Below the pieces are notes generated by a model. That model was given only the letters and a program-made list of their open reading frames with translations. It searched no databases and was not told the origin of the DNA. This document shows, in pieces, positions 12,822 through 25,860 of a stretch of 64,000 bases of DNA. Within the stretch, counting starts at the first letter, position 1, and the number at the start of each line of letters is the position of its first letter. The stretch is from the NCBI RefSeq assembly GCF_964355755.1, contig NC_092679.1:6664201-6728200 (forward strand). Reading direction: 5' to 3'. The DNA comes from Antedon mediterranea (lineage: Eukaryota > Animalia > Echinodermata). A program made the translations under genes and the position numbers.

Positions 12822-13121
12822 GATACAAGTGACAAAAGAATTTCCTGTAAAATAGTACATAAAATATAATCGTATTTTAATTGTATTTGAGATTTTTTTA
12901 AAATTTTCCACGGTATAAACATGGGTATTGTTTGTTTTTTAAAGCCATGTAGGCCTACCAGCCAATTGTGTTCGACTTTTTCCATTCTATCTATTATAAA
13001 TATTATTATTTATTTGTTTTTTTTTATTTGTAATTATTATTATTTTGTGTTTAGTGAATTATTTGATTGAATTTAAAAAATGAAATGCTTTTCCTTTATA
13101 AGTAAATACAAAAATGTGAGC

Positions 13122-13193
13122 TTCCCGTGCCGGGAATCGAACCCGGGCCGCGTGGGTGAAAACCACGAATCCTAACCACTAGACCACACGGGA
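13122..13193 (-). tRNA. tRNA-Glu(TTC)
   Basis: Intact 72-nt cloverleaf with A and B boxes, TTC anticodon and a T5 terminator. Confidence 0.96.
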
Positions 13194-13461
13194 GTACTTC
13201 CAATCATTGCGTTAGTCACTTGCATGAGGGAAGTTATATAAGTCTCGTACTGCAGATAATTATTTTTAATTTAGTGTTTTTTCAATTAAGGGGGATTTTC
13301 TTTTTTATTATGAAAAGTACAACCGAAACGATAGAATTAAATACGTAATGGATCATAAAGAAATGTAATAGTAATGTAAATATAGTGATATTTGATTGTA
13401 CTTTAATGGAGTTTTTCTTTTTGCACAATATACTGTAAAATGCTCTGTAAAAAAGGAAACC

Positions 13462-13533
13462 TTCCCGTGCCGGGAATCGAACCCGGGCCGCGTGGGTGAA
13501 AACCACGAATCCTAACCACTAGACCACACGGGA
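13462..13533 (-). tRNA. tRNA-Glu(TTC)
   Basis: Identical to 13122-13193; T6 terminator downstream. Confidence 0.96.
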
Positions 13534-13741
13534 TTGGATGATAACAAACCACATATATTCAATCTTATCTAACTAGCCAAAATTGCATTGAATTGCGTAA
13601 CAGCCTGCTGTAATTATTGATTTGTTTTAACCTCATTGTTCACTTATATAATACAATGGCGCAGCCGGTGAGGTTCATTCAACACAAACCCAACACAGGA
13701 CTAAATACTGGGTATTCATTAATCAACTTATCTTCTATTAA

Positions 13742-14263
13742 AGATGTATTGTTCCCCAAAAACAATTAAATCAAAGTATGTCATTTTGTAGTTTTAATAA
13801 AATTAATAACTTCCGTAGAAATGGAGCACGTAGTGAAGCACGTAGTGGAGCTGTAGCTTGGTGGTTAACGTGCTTGCCTTCCAATCCCAAGGTCCCGGGT
13901 TCAATCCTGACCAAGTGCAGGGTTGTAACTCATCTCTTTCAACTCCACTCCCTAAGCCTCAAATGAGACTTAGTTTATAAGCACGATAAATTTTTAAATT
14001 GTTTATCCATCCTGTAATTGGCGAGTTACTCGCTGTTGGATGAGTATGATTAAAAAAAATAATTTAAATAATAAATTAAATTCAACCAAAAACCTGTTGG
14101 CTGGCAGCCAATTTGGCTATTTTTTGCTAAATTTACAGTTTTTTCAGATAAATAATTTGTTTATCAATCAAATTATTTGTCTAAGTGGATAACTATTATG
14201 TGACATTATAATGGCTTATTCAACAAAATGTTTGTAATAATTATTTTTTCAGACAATACACCT
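13742..14263. mobile_element. TTAA-flanked MITE (Kolobok-like) interrupted by a SINE
   Basis: TTAA|AGATGTATTGT...ACAATACACCT|TTAA; colinear with the uninterrupted copy at 59604-59931. Confidence 0.75.
13823..14059 (+). mobile_element. tRNA-derived SINE (tRNA-Gly(TCC)-like head)
   Basis: A box TAGCTTGGTGG (13854-13864), B box GGTTCAATCC (13898-13907), GCCTTCCAA anticodon-like loop, unrelated body, 3' inverted repeat GCGAGT-T-ACTCGC and A-rich tail; absent from the paralogous MITE. Confidence 0.75.
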
Positions 14264-14497
14264 TTAAAAGATAACTTTTTAGTCACCGTCTCCGCGCCAT
14301 GTCACCATTTCAAATGGAAAATATAAATACAAATATCAACACTTAATATCAAAATATTTCATTTATTCAATTCTTGAAAGATAAAGTTTTACTTTGTTAT
14401 CCAAAAATTACACATCTCGTATGATTATTACAAAATACAAACTGTATCCTATCGTGTTTTAACACGGTTAGTTTTAAATATGGAATAAAACATTTTT

Positions 14498-15723
14498 ATT
14501 ATTGGTTATCCGCTCTTGGCGGATAACCCCTTGTTATTGTCAGGATCTTTTTTTTTTTATTTTTTTTCTCTTTTTTTTTCTATTTTCTTCTTTCTTTCCA
14601 CGAATTTTGTTGGTCGCATATCTCTAATTCTGGCCAACATAAGATTGTGTAACTTTGTCATAATATTGACCTGTAGCGGTAGATGTGCAGGACGTTTCGT
14701 TTTTTGACTTTAGAGTCGCGCAGCGTAAGTTAAGTGCGATTTTATGAATTTCAATGATTGATCATAGATTAAAAACTATAAGTCATTTTGTTTTGAAACT
14801 TAGTGAAAATTTAAGTCATAATAAGCGCAAACTTTTTATGGATTAAAAATGGCATGTTTCACAGAAAATTACGCGCGCATGCGCGTTTAAAATTTCAAAA
14901 TGCGTAAAATCAATTTCTAATCAACTTTCTACGCGTTTCAGGTCATTTTGAGCATTTCAAAAATTCCCACGAGTGCGCAGTTTTTTTACGCGCGCGTGCG
15001 CACGTAGCGCAAAAACATCTTTTTTTTGCTTGATTTTTGTTTTTTCAGCCTTTTCTAGTAAATTTACCAATTTTCAATCAATTTTGATTTAAAATCACGT
15101 CATACGAGCACGCAGAATTGAACAATTTGCGCGCGTTTTTGAAGAAAAAGTTCAAAAATTTGTCAAAATTATGCCTTTTTTAAAACAATTATAGATTGTA
15201 AACTACGAGGTGAACTTTTTTTAAATTACACATTCTGGAAGTTGATGAGTTGTAGATATCGAATCATGAATCGATATGGCTAACAGGACATAGTGACGTC
15301 ATCGTATGGCCACTCAAATATAAAATATAGGATTTTTGTCTCTTTCATCATAGCTAATCACATTTAATAGAGCGCATCTCCACTTATCCGAATTCCATTT
15401 CCCCCATTTTTTTATATTGTCTATGCCAATCAATTATCTTTCGCATGATATACCGTTTTTAAAATTGTGATGACGTCATCATGTCCAAAAACGTCAATAA
15501 CTTGGGCCACTTATTTTCACATATTCTTCACTGTATGTAGTAGGTATACAGTATATAGTGTATACCGTATATACTTAGACGTGACTCAAAATAGAGGGCA
15601 CACTAACATTTTTTTCAATGGCATAATCGTTTTTCTGCGCGCAATATTCTAACGTATGACGTGCACGTGGCTTTTGCGCTGCGGATAACCTAACTCGTCC
15701 GTAGTGACGAGTTCAAATCTAGT
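14498..15723 (+). mobile_element. Non-autonomous Helentron/DINE-1-like rolling-circle element
   Basis: 5' GGTTATCCGC with nearby inverted copy (14504-14528), 3' subterminal GCGGATAACC (15681-15690), hairpin AACTCGTC/GACGAGTT (15692-15713), terminal CTAGT, T-rich insertion site, no TSD. Confidence 0.72.
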
Positions 15724-16554
15724 TAAATATTTGGTATTGTTTATGCGGTTGCAACATAGTTGATTGGTACTAATATAGTTACAATGAATACGGTGTTCAG
15801 AACCATAGAGTGTTCTGTTATCGTCATCATTTAACTATAGTTTTAGTATTATTTTATATTTCCCTAATTATTTATGAAAGTAGTATGCAAATGGATATAC
15901 GATATTGTATCCACTCATGTATAAATATATTATAATAAAATTCTCTTTCGTAAAATACAATAAATATTAATTTGCTTGCTAGACTGATTTTTTTCCCTTT
16001 AGTTTCTATCGGTTACTCCGATATTGTGCGTCCTCTGAAAATATTTATTTGTTCACTTCGTCTGAGAAGAAGTACATAGATATTTATTAATATTAAAAGA
16101 GTTTGTGTGAATAAAATAGTTTTTTCTTAAATAATAATTTTTTTTTCTTTCCGATGTCAAGTTGTATTGACAGAGCGCCACCTACTGTCTCACAAACAAT
16201 CTAAACTTGTCGTAATAGAATGTAGGCACATGGATTAACTATCAACCAATCAAAATCCATCTTTGTGAAATGCATACAATTTTAAAGTGCAGTAATGAGA
16301 CAAGTTGCCAATTGACACGTGATACAGCCATGGCCGTCTTGGAGTTTGCTTGCGTGAAGTTCACTTTCAGCGCGGGAAAAAACAGACGGTAGTTCATCTT
16401 TGCCTCTCTCTCAACAGGATGTTACGTCAGCAGGAGCTTCAAGCTTTCAACAAAATTAACAATCTTGGAACGCGTTTATTGCCATTACGTTGTCGTTTCC
16501 AAAACGCGTCATATGTTCAGCTCACACGTATGTATAACGTAACGCGTCATATGT

Positions 16555-16637
16555 TCAGCTCACACACATGTATAACGTACTGTTTGGTTTATAAACGGGT
16601 TTGGTCGTGTTGTTTTTGAAGAACGCTATACGACGAC
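16555..16637 (-). CDS. PKDCC: PKDCC/VLK-like extracellular tyrosine kinase, coding exon 7 of 7
   Basis: TCATTTTAG| acceptor; GRRIAFFKNNTTKPVYKPNSTLYMCVS*, resembling the PKDCC C-terminus (WTGRxLVFFK). Confidence 0.88.
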
Positions 16638-16783
16638 CTAAAATGAGAGAAGTTTGATTAAATCAATAATTGCTTTGCTGTGTTTATATTTCTCTATTAT
16701 CCCCAGCTATCTACATAGTTAAATTAGATAGAAAGTACGGTACAATGTATTATCATTTTAATAATAGTTTAGATCATACATAC

Positions 16784-16966
16784 CTGTCCACGTTCTCTGT
16801 TTGGTGAGAACGAATGCTTGACAGTAAGGGTCACTGTCGCAATACAACTTAGCCTCATGGACGTCAAAAACACTAAAAGTGCAACTGCTCCCGCCAGCAT
16901 GGATAGTGTACGGGCACCAGTAGTCGAACTTGCCGGTGTAATCAGCATTAGCAATTGTCTTGTACT
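16784..16966 (-). CDS. PKDCC: PKDCC-like kinase, coding exon 6 of 7
   Basis: EYKTIANADYTGKFDYWCP...SCTFSVFDVHEAKLYCDSDPYCQAFVLTKQRTWT, the Cys-rich PKDCC C-terminal domain; GT-AG, phase 1-1. Confidence 0.93.
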
Positions 16967-17180
16967 CTAAATTAAAACATATCAATGATTATCAGCCGAT
17001 AATTCTCGTGTTATGGCGCGTTTTTATGCAACGTTTTTTAATAGGATAATAGATATATAGGAATAATATCTTTAAAATATATATTCTTGGCTCAATTTTA
17101 ATGTTCCTTTGTGCATCCAATAAAGCGAAATAAAAGCTAACAATTGTTATCTACCATAATTAATTATGCACACAAGTTAC

Positions 17181-17282
17181 CTGAAGTTGAGGATTGTCTG
17201 CTCAGATATGCGCCGCTGACGTATAAGCGCGTGATTCGTTCAAGTTCTCGATAGGTTTCCTTGACGCTCCAGAACACTGTAG
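17181..17282 (-). CDS. PKDCC: PKDCC-like kinase, coding exon 5 of 7
   Basis: ATVFWSVKETYRELERITRLYVSGAYLSRQSSTS; CTCTCTAG| acceptor and |GTAACT donor; phase 1-1. Confidence 0.9.
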
Positions 17283-18111
17283 CTAGAGAGAGAGTATAAC
17301 AAACAGAGATATCATCATTAAATCTAGATAATCTTATAATTCGCTTTGAAGATACAAAATAGATTATGGATGAGATGTGTTGAGACAGTTTGCTTTTTGA
17401 AAGTTTATTGGCTTATGGTGCATTAGTGTGTTATGAAAACAGAATAATTAGCCAACAGCGTGATGCATTGATGACGACACAACCTCTTCACAGACAAGAG
17501 AAGTAGCAATTGACAGATAGATAGGAAAAATATAATATTTCCTTTAATTAATTGATTCGTCAAAATTCATCCATGAGTAATAAATAAGTCCTACTATGGA
17601 ATGTAGGGCCTACTACTTTTATTTTCATCCCAACCTTTAGAAAAACAAACACACCTAATAAAGTCACAGTCAAGAGTGGCATGGCTGTTCTGCGCTGGCA
17701 TTATCCAACTTGTGCTTAAAGGACAACTTCACCGAGAACCATATTTTGACAACGTTTGGCCTATTAACACTGATGATTTATTTATTAAACCATTTGTTTA
17801 TGGAATTGACTTTTAGCTGTGTGCTATCGTTTTGTATTGTACTTTTTATATACCGTATTAAATCAACTTTTCATCTATGCATGGACCTGTCCATGATCTA
17901 AGATTTGAGAACAATTAATACGTAAACATTGCTTATGTTAATTTAAAAACTGACTTCAATTTCAATTAAATGACTTTGACAGATGATTTTTGTTTGCTAA
18001 GCCCGTTTAATTATATTAACCATGATTTGTAAGTATATTCTCAATACATTAAGAAGATGCGATGTTTTTAAGCATGTGATGTTACCAGATCTGTCTACTG
18101 TTCCGACTTAC

Positions 18112-18364
18112 CTGTTTTATTAAGGAAATTGTCGATGTACAATTTCAGTCCAGGTGGTGTTTCAATACTCAATGCAACAGAGAAGAAATATCGATACGAG
18201 TTGTACAAGTTCAGCTTTGCGTTCATACCGACACATCTTCCACTGTCAGTATGACAGTCGGTGGTTATCGGATGTTTGACGCCCTCTAAATGGATTTGGC
18301 ACGGCGTCTCCTCGTCGCAAATAGGCTCATTGTTATCTACGTCATCGATGTCCGATAATTTTAT
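18112..18364 (-). CDS. PKDCC: PKDCC-like kinase, coding exon 4 of 7
   Basis: IKLSDIDDVDNNEPIC...GRCVGMNAKLNLYNSYRYFF...; DIDD is the family's DLDD motif in place of DFG; phase 0-1. Confidence 0.93.
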
Positions 18365-18967
18365 CTAGGAACATTAAAACATGTCGCTTTCAGTTAGTCT
18401 ATTCTCTAAAAAATGGTCAATGTTAGCAACAGCAAGCACTGGTCATCAAATGAATAGCGTAGGCCTACCAGTGTAACCAACCGATTAGAAAATTTGGTCG
18501 AGTAACGATATCATCAACATGAAAAATAATTAGTGCTAAATTTAAGGTTTACATTGCATACATTCGGCCAGAAAATCAGAAAAAGATTTCCAAGAGCTAC
18601 CATGCATATTTTAGTGATGTGAACGTATCCTATATTTAAGGCTTGGTTGCAACGCAGGTGAGTGGTACGTGCAACACAAGTAAACTGACCAATCACAAGC
18701 GGCAGTTCGAAAGATCCATCGCGTCATGATTGGTCAAATTGTGGGAACGACATTAAACATGCCATTGCCTATGTGATACAGTTGTGTGATACAGTTGTAT
18801 AAATCCAGGATAAGAAAAATTCAACTTTTGACTCCATATTGAATTTCTAATCAATTACAGCCTGGTAAGTATTCCTATCTTATAGCTTATATGAACAATC
18901 TCTTGTAAAATATAGTAAGTATATCACGTGGCACTCACAGATTCATTAAGCAGACGATGCAACATAC

Positions 18968-19075
18968 CTGATTACCGACCACAACAAACTGGCCTAGTTT
19001 AAAATCATGAATGCCAAGCGGTCCAAGAGGTGATTCGGACATGTAGACGAGTAAACTTGCAATTCCCAGTGATAT
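18968..19075 (-). CDS. PKDCC: PKDCC-like kinase, coding exon 3 of 7
   Basis: ISLGIASLLVYMSESPLGPLGIHDFKLGQFVVVGNQ; SPLG...DFxxxQFV catalytic-loop signature; phase 0-0. Confidence 0.93.
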
Positions 19076-21702
19076 CTATGAAAATACAAACAAGAACATT
19101 AAATATGTATAAGTGATAATCCCACGTATAATCTGCGCGTATAACATCTGTATGAAGTTATTAAAATGGCCATAAATACTAAAAACTAAGTTCACAAAAC
19201 ATCTGCAACGAAATGAAGTGAAACATTATACAGTTTACAGAATGTATTTATAAATATTACGGGTTCACTTAAAAAGATGTCGTAAGTTTCCACGAATACG
19301 CATTTCACCAGTCGAATAAAAGCGTGTGCAGAAGTCAAATAATTTAAGCGGGAAATGTATAAAATGACTTGTGCATAGGTCTACACTATATGGCTAGATT
19401 TATAAGAAGATACACAATCGATAACAAACAATTTAAAACAATTTAAAGTCGGTAGTTATTGGAATCCGAAGCATGTATTTGTACTTCCAAACGTGAGAGT
19501 TTATCACAACTTTGGCCACGTGCTTGGCGTACAGAATGGAAGCACAAAACGTGTATGTCATAGAACACTTGAAGCTAATGAGCTGTATTTATTTCAGGAA
19601 GCCTGCTTTATCTAATGTCTTCCTCATATATCTCGGTGTAGCATTCAGACGGTTATACACGTACAAAGTGCGCGAGCAGTAACCTATGCGAATACGTGTG
19701 TATTCACACTGGAGAAAGTTGAGACGTTTAAGGGACAAACCAAACACGTTTACAGTTATTCAATGTCTAGTATACACTACTACAAGATGTATCATCATAA
19801 TGAATGCATTAAGATTGGTTTCCAACAGACGAAAGTACACGGGGTTTAGAAAACCAACCGATTCTGCAACTGTCATTTAGATATAGTCTAACTGACTATC
19901 GCAAGTCACTTAGAAACTATAGTCTAGCTGTATCATGATACTAAAGTATTTAATACAGCCAGACTCGTTTATAGATGACTTGCGATCGAATCATAATCAG
20001 GCGAGAAAGGAGACTCTATACACAGTTGCAATTTTACTTCACATTGAAGCATTTATGATTATTCTACCCTGGATCCAATACTAGTGAGAACCACCCACTA
20101 CCAGGCTTAGGCTTACTATAAAATAAAACATTACAGACATACACACAGTAAATACCAGCACATTCAGCAAGCAACGTGTGTACATGTGAACACAGTGTAA
20201 CACGTACGTGCTTATACGTCAAAACATAATTCATTTCCAGAAGCTTTCTGTTTCGTATTGGATTTCAGCTCTTTAAATATAATTTTCCAAATGCCTATTA
20301 TTATGTCTCTTTAAACAGAAACGGCAATGGTGGTAATGTATCTGTCTAGGTTTCTGTAATTTGCTAATTGTACCCTAAAGACATATTGCACACTTCACCT
20401 TTCCATAACACGACATTATTTTCAACCTATGTGTGCGCATAGTTGTGATGGAAATGAAAGATATGTTCATTTATTAGAGACGTTACAAAAATGACAATAT
20501 AATATATTGTAATTTTTGTAACGGCCAGTCTACCGGTCTTTATATTATAAAATATATTATATAATTAATGTCGATATTATAAAATGTTGGTTAAACACAT
20601 TCAATTTACACATGCAATGTGGTTGATGTTTTGATCATAAAACCGAACTGTGGTTTAGTAGAACCAAGATGTGAACATTATTGGTAAGCGATTCATCTTT
20701 AGTGTTCACATGTACGGCGGCGTATAAGGCTATAGCTTACGCCTTGCGTAGTCTACTATTTGTGTGTAAACAAGGCAGTGGCGTTATTGACGCAACTCAT
20801 TGATGATAAACAGGACGACAGATTTGTTACATTAACGCAACTGTTCGAGTAATTAAAAAAATGAGTAGAATGTTGACCGTGTCATCCGTTAAAGTTAACG
20901 TTTACGTGCGAAATCAATTTATTGTTTGATGTGTTGCCGATTGTGTTGCTGAAAATAACCTTTACATTTTTGATCATTTTATAAAGAAAATACCAGCATT
21001 TGGTCAATTTCTCATAAAGTTTGTGACTGGCGCTTTTGGTTGATTGTCATTTCGACCTGCTCTCGATTGTACTGAAAAACAGAGCGGATTTATCGACAAG
21101 AACAACTAAACATAAAATATGAATTCCATCGTTTATGGAAGATGAAAGCAAACCGAAGGTAATGCGATCTAGTTATGAACAAGTCAGACCTACCTTGCTT
21201 TCATAATTAATTTTCGAAAATCAGTCGGTAATTTGCGCGTAATTGAGAAAACCGAAGCTGAAATGTCAGACTATAAAACGTGCTGTTTTGATATTATTTA
21301 GTAAGTGAAAATACGGTACGCGCTGCTATGGCTTGCACATATTCTCTCTCTGTCTTATTACAGTGATTTAATTGACTTAATTTTGATTGAATTAAAAGGG
21401 CGGTAAGGTGAAATAATGATTTATTTCCATTGATTGATTTGTACAAAATATGAACTCGTTTCATGTGTGATTTTCTGTTATATTTCTAGTACACAAATTT
21501 CGGTATTATACATGGAGCTTTCTGATAAATGTATAATATTATTAAAGGTGATGTTTTTACTCAATCACTGAGAGAACCAACTGTTGGTGTAGTTGTAGTA
21601 GTGCAGTATGGGGTGAGGGATTAAATCCAGTCGATCACTTATCAACTTGCACCCAACACCACCTGGCCCAAAGCCTCTTTTGACCCTACTCATATAGCGT
21701 AA

Positions 21703-21804
21703 AGCTCTGTCTACACTATCAAACTTTATGTGACGTACCACTACCATATTTGGGCACATCAAACTTTTTGTTTGTCAAACTAGTTTGATAATGTAGACAG
21801 AGCT
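21703..21804. mobile_element. Harbinger-like MITE family B
   Basis: TIR AGCTCTGTCTACACTATCAAACT with TAA/TTA flanks and internal CACTACCATATTTGGGCAC. Further full or partial copies near 1560-1660, 8336-8422, 11735-11820, 38250-38375, 38917-39020, 44219-44354, 56404-56524, 59429-59535 and 63568-63671. Confidence 0.8.
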
Positions 21805-22127
21805 TTATACACAGATTTCAAACCATTGTATGCACGATCCGACGTAGCCTTAAATAGGCCCTATTATTAGGCCTTAAGCGCGTGTAAAAGTGAGGGTATG
21901 TTAAAGATAAAGCGCCACTACTAAGATGGTAGAATTCATCAAACGTTTAATTAATATAATATAAGGTTGCTTCATAACCTTTGACCTGAACTCATTTATC
22001 TATTTACTAATTTACTCTAATCGTTAAAGGAGACATACTACTCAATGATTTATTGCTGGCCGAACATTAAACATTAAATATGCATATAAGATGTTAATTC
22101 GTTATGTTTTGTGAATATGTTACTAAC

Positions 22128-22283
22128 CCTTAATCTGTCTTCCCATGACAGCTGCAGAATAGCTATAATGTCAAGAGGTTTTCCTAACTCTGTGATAATC
22201 GTTGCAGCTATGCCATTCATCCCAGTCGCTTGTGGTTTTTGACCCAACTCTCTGTCATCCTTACGAAGACAATATCCAATCAT
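22128..22283 (-). CDS. PKDCC: PKDCC-like kinase, coding exon 2 of 7
   Basis: MIGYCLR...ATIITELGKPLDIIAILQLSWEDRLR matches the PKDCC pattern GYC...TITELG.P...LQ.SWEDR; phase 0-0. Confidence 0.93.
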
Positions 22284-23120
22284 CTATATTAAAAGATAAG
22301 TACTGTATTAATAATGTGTAAACGGTATATATAATTCATGATAGTAAACAAATGTTTACGCAAATGCAAGCGAGATCCGAACATGGGCCTTCTGCCTGAC
22401 CTCTACCAATATACTACTTATGCTCTCACTCGTTTCACCTCACATTAGGCCTAAAACAATTTGACCACACCTCCCCTAACAACAATGAACACACATAATT
22501 CAAAATACATGTTTTCTATTAGGGGCGAATTCATTCATGCAAATCAAAAGCGTTGGCTTACGCGCTTGGGTATTATGTTCATCTAATTTTTGTGACGTGC
22601 AAAAAAGCGCAACCAATCAGATCTCAGGACGTTTTGAAACATTACTTTATATACCCCTCATCTCCATTCCCTTCCTGTCTTATAACGTTTGTTGTTGCCA
22701 AAAAAAAAATGAACCATCGATGTCTTCTCTCCCCTCCTATATATTCATTCATCCAGTACGTGTAATACAATACCGGCGCCGCCTTTTAAAATTTAAATAA
22801 GAAATGGTCATAATAAACTAGGTAACGTGTAAAGATACTGCATTTGATGATCTACTTTCAATTGTTTCTGACAAGTTAAACTTGCTCTCAACATTTTGTC
22901 GTCATCTGTTACCAATGGGTTCACCGATTCGAGAACATCGCTCCAATATCACGTGTTAATTGTCCGTTTGGTCAACTGATCACGAACAATGACGACACGT
23001 CAAAAGACACATTATGTCATATTATTGTTTTTGTGTTTTAAAACTTTGAAAGGCATCTTTGATGGTATTTATTTCTATTGTCTCATCATTCACAGTACTT
23101 TGATATTGCAGTTTTGCTAA

Positions 23121-23452
23121 AGCTTTGTTCCCACTTTGACACTACGCAAGGACGTAATCGGAAGTACGACAACCGATAGTTCGGATAAAGCTTGGTCCCC
23201 ACTAGCGACGCAACGTAACGCAACCTACGCAACGTAAGAAAATGCCCTTTTAATAATTGTGCTTGCCCCCCACCTACGTGAAATCAAACCTGCGATTTTT
23301 GCGTCGTCGGTTCCCACTTGTGATTACGCAATACATCATTTTGCGTAAATACGTCGTTGCGTTGCGTTCTAGTGAGAACCACGCTTAATCCTTCTTGTTT
23401 GATTGATCAAATTGCTTACTTTTTTGCGTTGCGTCCAAGTGCGAACCAAGCT
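23121..23452. mobile_element. Nested MITE family A (A1 at 23189-23385 inside an older copy)
   Basis: Both inner and outer copies have TIRs and TAA duplications. Confidence 0.78.
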
Positions 23453-23744
23453 TAATGTGTAAAGGTTTAGACACAGAAAATTAGTATTATGTTGCAAACG
23501 TCTTAAGTTGCCTGTTGTACAATCAATTCCCGAATCAATAAACTGCGACAAAAATGTATTAAAACGAAAAGCATTATTGCCTACAGATAGATTCAGAATG
23601 AAACAACATGGGAAATTTTGATATTAAACCATTTTCAACATAAATAAATGCTTTATTATTATGACCTCTTAAGGTGAAATTTTTAGTACGTTACTGAAGT
23701 TTTGGCTATGTTCAATTTACAATCACAACCACACAGCTTATCAA

Positions 23745-23858
23745 ACGCACAGAACACGTACAAATTACGCACAGAATACGTACAAGTTACGCACAGAATA
23801 CGTACAATTTACGCACAGAATACGTACAAATTAGGCACAGAATACGTACAAATTACGT
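23745..23858. repeat. 22-bp tandem repeat, about 5 copies
   Basis: Unit ACGCACAGAATACGTACAAATT. Confidence 0.92.
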
Positions 23859-25860
23859 AGGTACATATTTACAAATAAACCAATGAAAATGACGTTATTA
23901 CTAGCATGTTTCATTTTTAACAAGGTCCACATTATGGAATGTACCGTATATGGTAGGAAGTGTACTATGGAAGTGACTGACTTCATGTATTGTTTACACA
24001 AACACCTAATGCTGTTTTCCATTATAAACTTAATTTTCCCCCAGTCTGATCGACTAAAACAACATAAATGATGTTAAGATAAGTTGCCGAGTGATGGAAA
24101 ACCAGCACAGGTCCCTCCAGTGGGATAGTTTATTAATTTCAAATTTTAAAATGCTCTCATGCTTTCAACACCATATTTTAGCGCATTATACAATACAAGA
24201 ACGTTGACATTAATGTTATCAGCACATTCACGCACGAATGTGTTTGAATTGACGAGACATGACGGTTCAAAGGTGAGCACCCGCGTGAACATTGCAAACA
24301 ATCAATCCGTCTCAACCAATCCATTTTATGCTGTCATATTTTCAGGATTGATGAGTTGTAGTGTGAAGGCCATTGATTTTACTCCGTATTAAATATTTCA
24401 ATCAGTACAGTTTGTTTTTATAGGAGAAATCATCACAGTTTATTGAAGATTATCGTCTGCTAGTAATATTACGACTGTGCTAAGTTTGCGCGGGTTTTTT
24501 TCTGGGTACAATTGGTACGCCTGATAACAGTTACATGACCGTCCTACTTTTAAAGGATTATGATGAGGTATTAGCTATTATTGAACATTATTAGGAGGCC
24601 TAATGAAAATGATAATGTGGCTTCCGTATTATTAATCAACGTATATATTCATCCATTTTCGTTACTCATTACAAAGTGTTTTAGAATGTTTTAGGAAGCA
24701 GATTCAATGAAAAATAAATCTATTCTAATCTCAAAACTATGTTTTATAGACCTCCTCAAAAAACCACTAAACAGACCTAAATGGGTTAAACCCTAACCCC
24801 CACCCGTCTTTCATTAATCGAAGAAAGCACACATTGTAAATGACCCGTATACCAACTGTCAACACTTGTTATAATACAAATGGTCTTCAAATCAAAGTTC
24901 ATAAAACATTCATTGTTTAGCGACTTTAATTCTATAATTCTCTGTAAAAACACATAATGTTTTCAACATTTAATTGGTCATGTGGAGAATTTAAAGTCAC
25001 TTTGGGTATAAACTTTGCCATACTTCTCTTTTTGTATATAAATAATACGGTATTTTATAATTTGTTTTTACTTCATCAAGCACAAAGTAGGCCTCCATTG
25101 TTCCTTCCTCCTAAACTTAACAAACTTAAGGACGATAATGATTAAATAAAAGAATATTGATAAAGGAAACTGGCATTATTGATGATATGATTATTTATTT
25201 TATTTAAACAATGCCCTTGCTTGTAACATGAACATTTTTTCATTTCATTCTCTTATTTTTGAGAGAGTATTTTATCGTGTTTCTTTTATTCGTTTTAATA
25301 GTTACGTTACCTTTATCTATTAATTTTGTATTATGTATGTGTTGAAATGAAATAAAAAAAAAAAAATAAAAAAAAAAAACATGAACATTTTTCTATAAAC
25401 AATATAATTATGTATAATCACGCTAGAGAACTCTAACATTTGGCTCCTTCACAAGTGTAACATGCTATCGGCGTTTTTATTCAAACAATGTTCCATTCAA
25501 CAACAAAAAAATACTATCAATAATTATTCATAACTACTAACAAAGCTTTAATGTTGATTGCTTTCTTTTCCATGCGAACTAACTCGACCTAATTAATCAT
25601 GTTTGAACTACAATGATGTTAATATTCATTGTCACATTCACAAGGCAAACACAGAGACCTATTCAATTAATATTTATATACTTTGATGACTTTCTAATTT
25701 TCAAGAACAATCTTTCTGCATGGACTCATCAATTTTGATGGGTATTTATTTTCTCCACGTCGCTTTGTCCGTAAATTCGTTGTGTGTTTTTCTTTTTTAT
25801 TATTAACTTTTCACGCTAGTTACAAATGGCTTGATCACACGCTAAACTACTGCTGTTGTA

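Noticed and set aside
13847-13918. A sixth tRNA gene
   Set aside because: Acceptor and anticodon stems do not pair properly and it continues into a body and A tail; treated as a SINE head.
16000-16075. Alternative last exon of PKDCC
   Set aside because: Acceptors exist but give short peptides with no similarity; 16555-16637 matches the family C-terminus.
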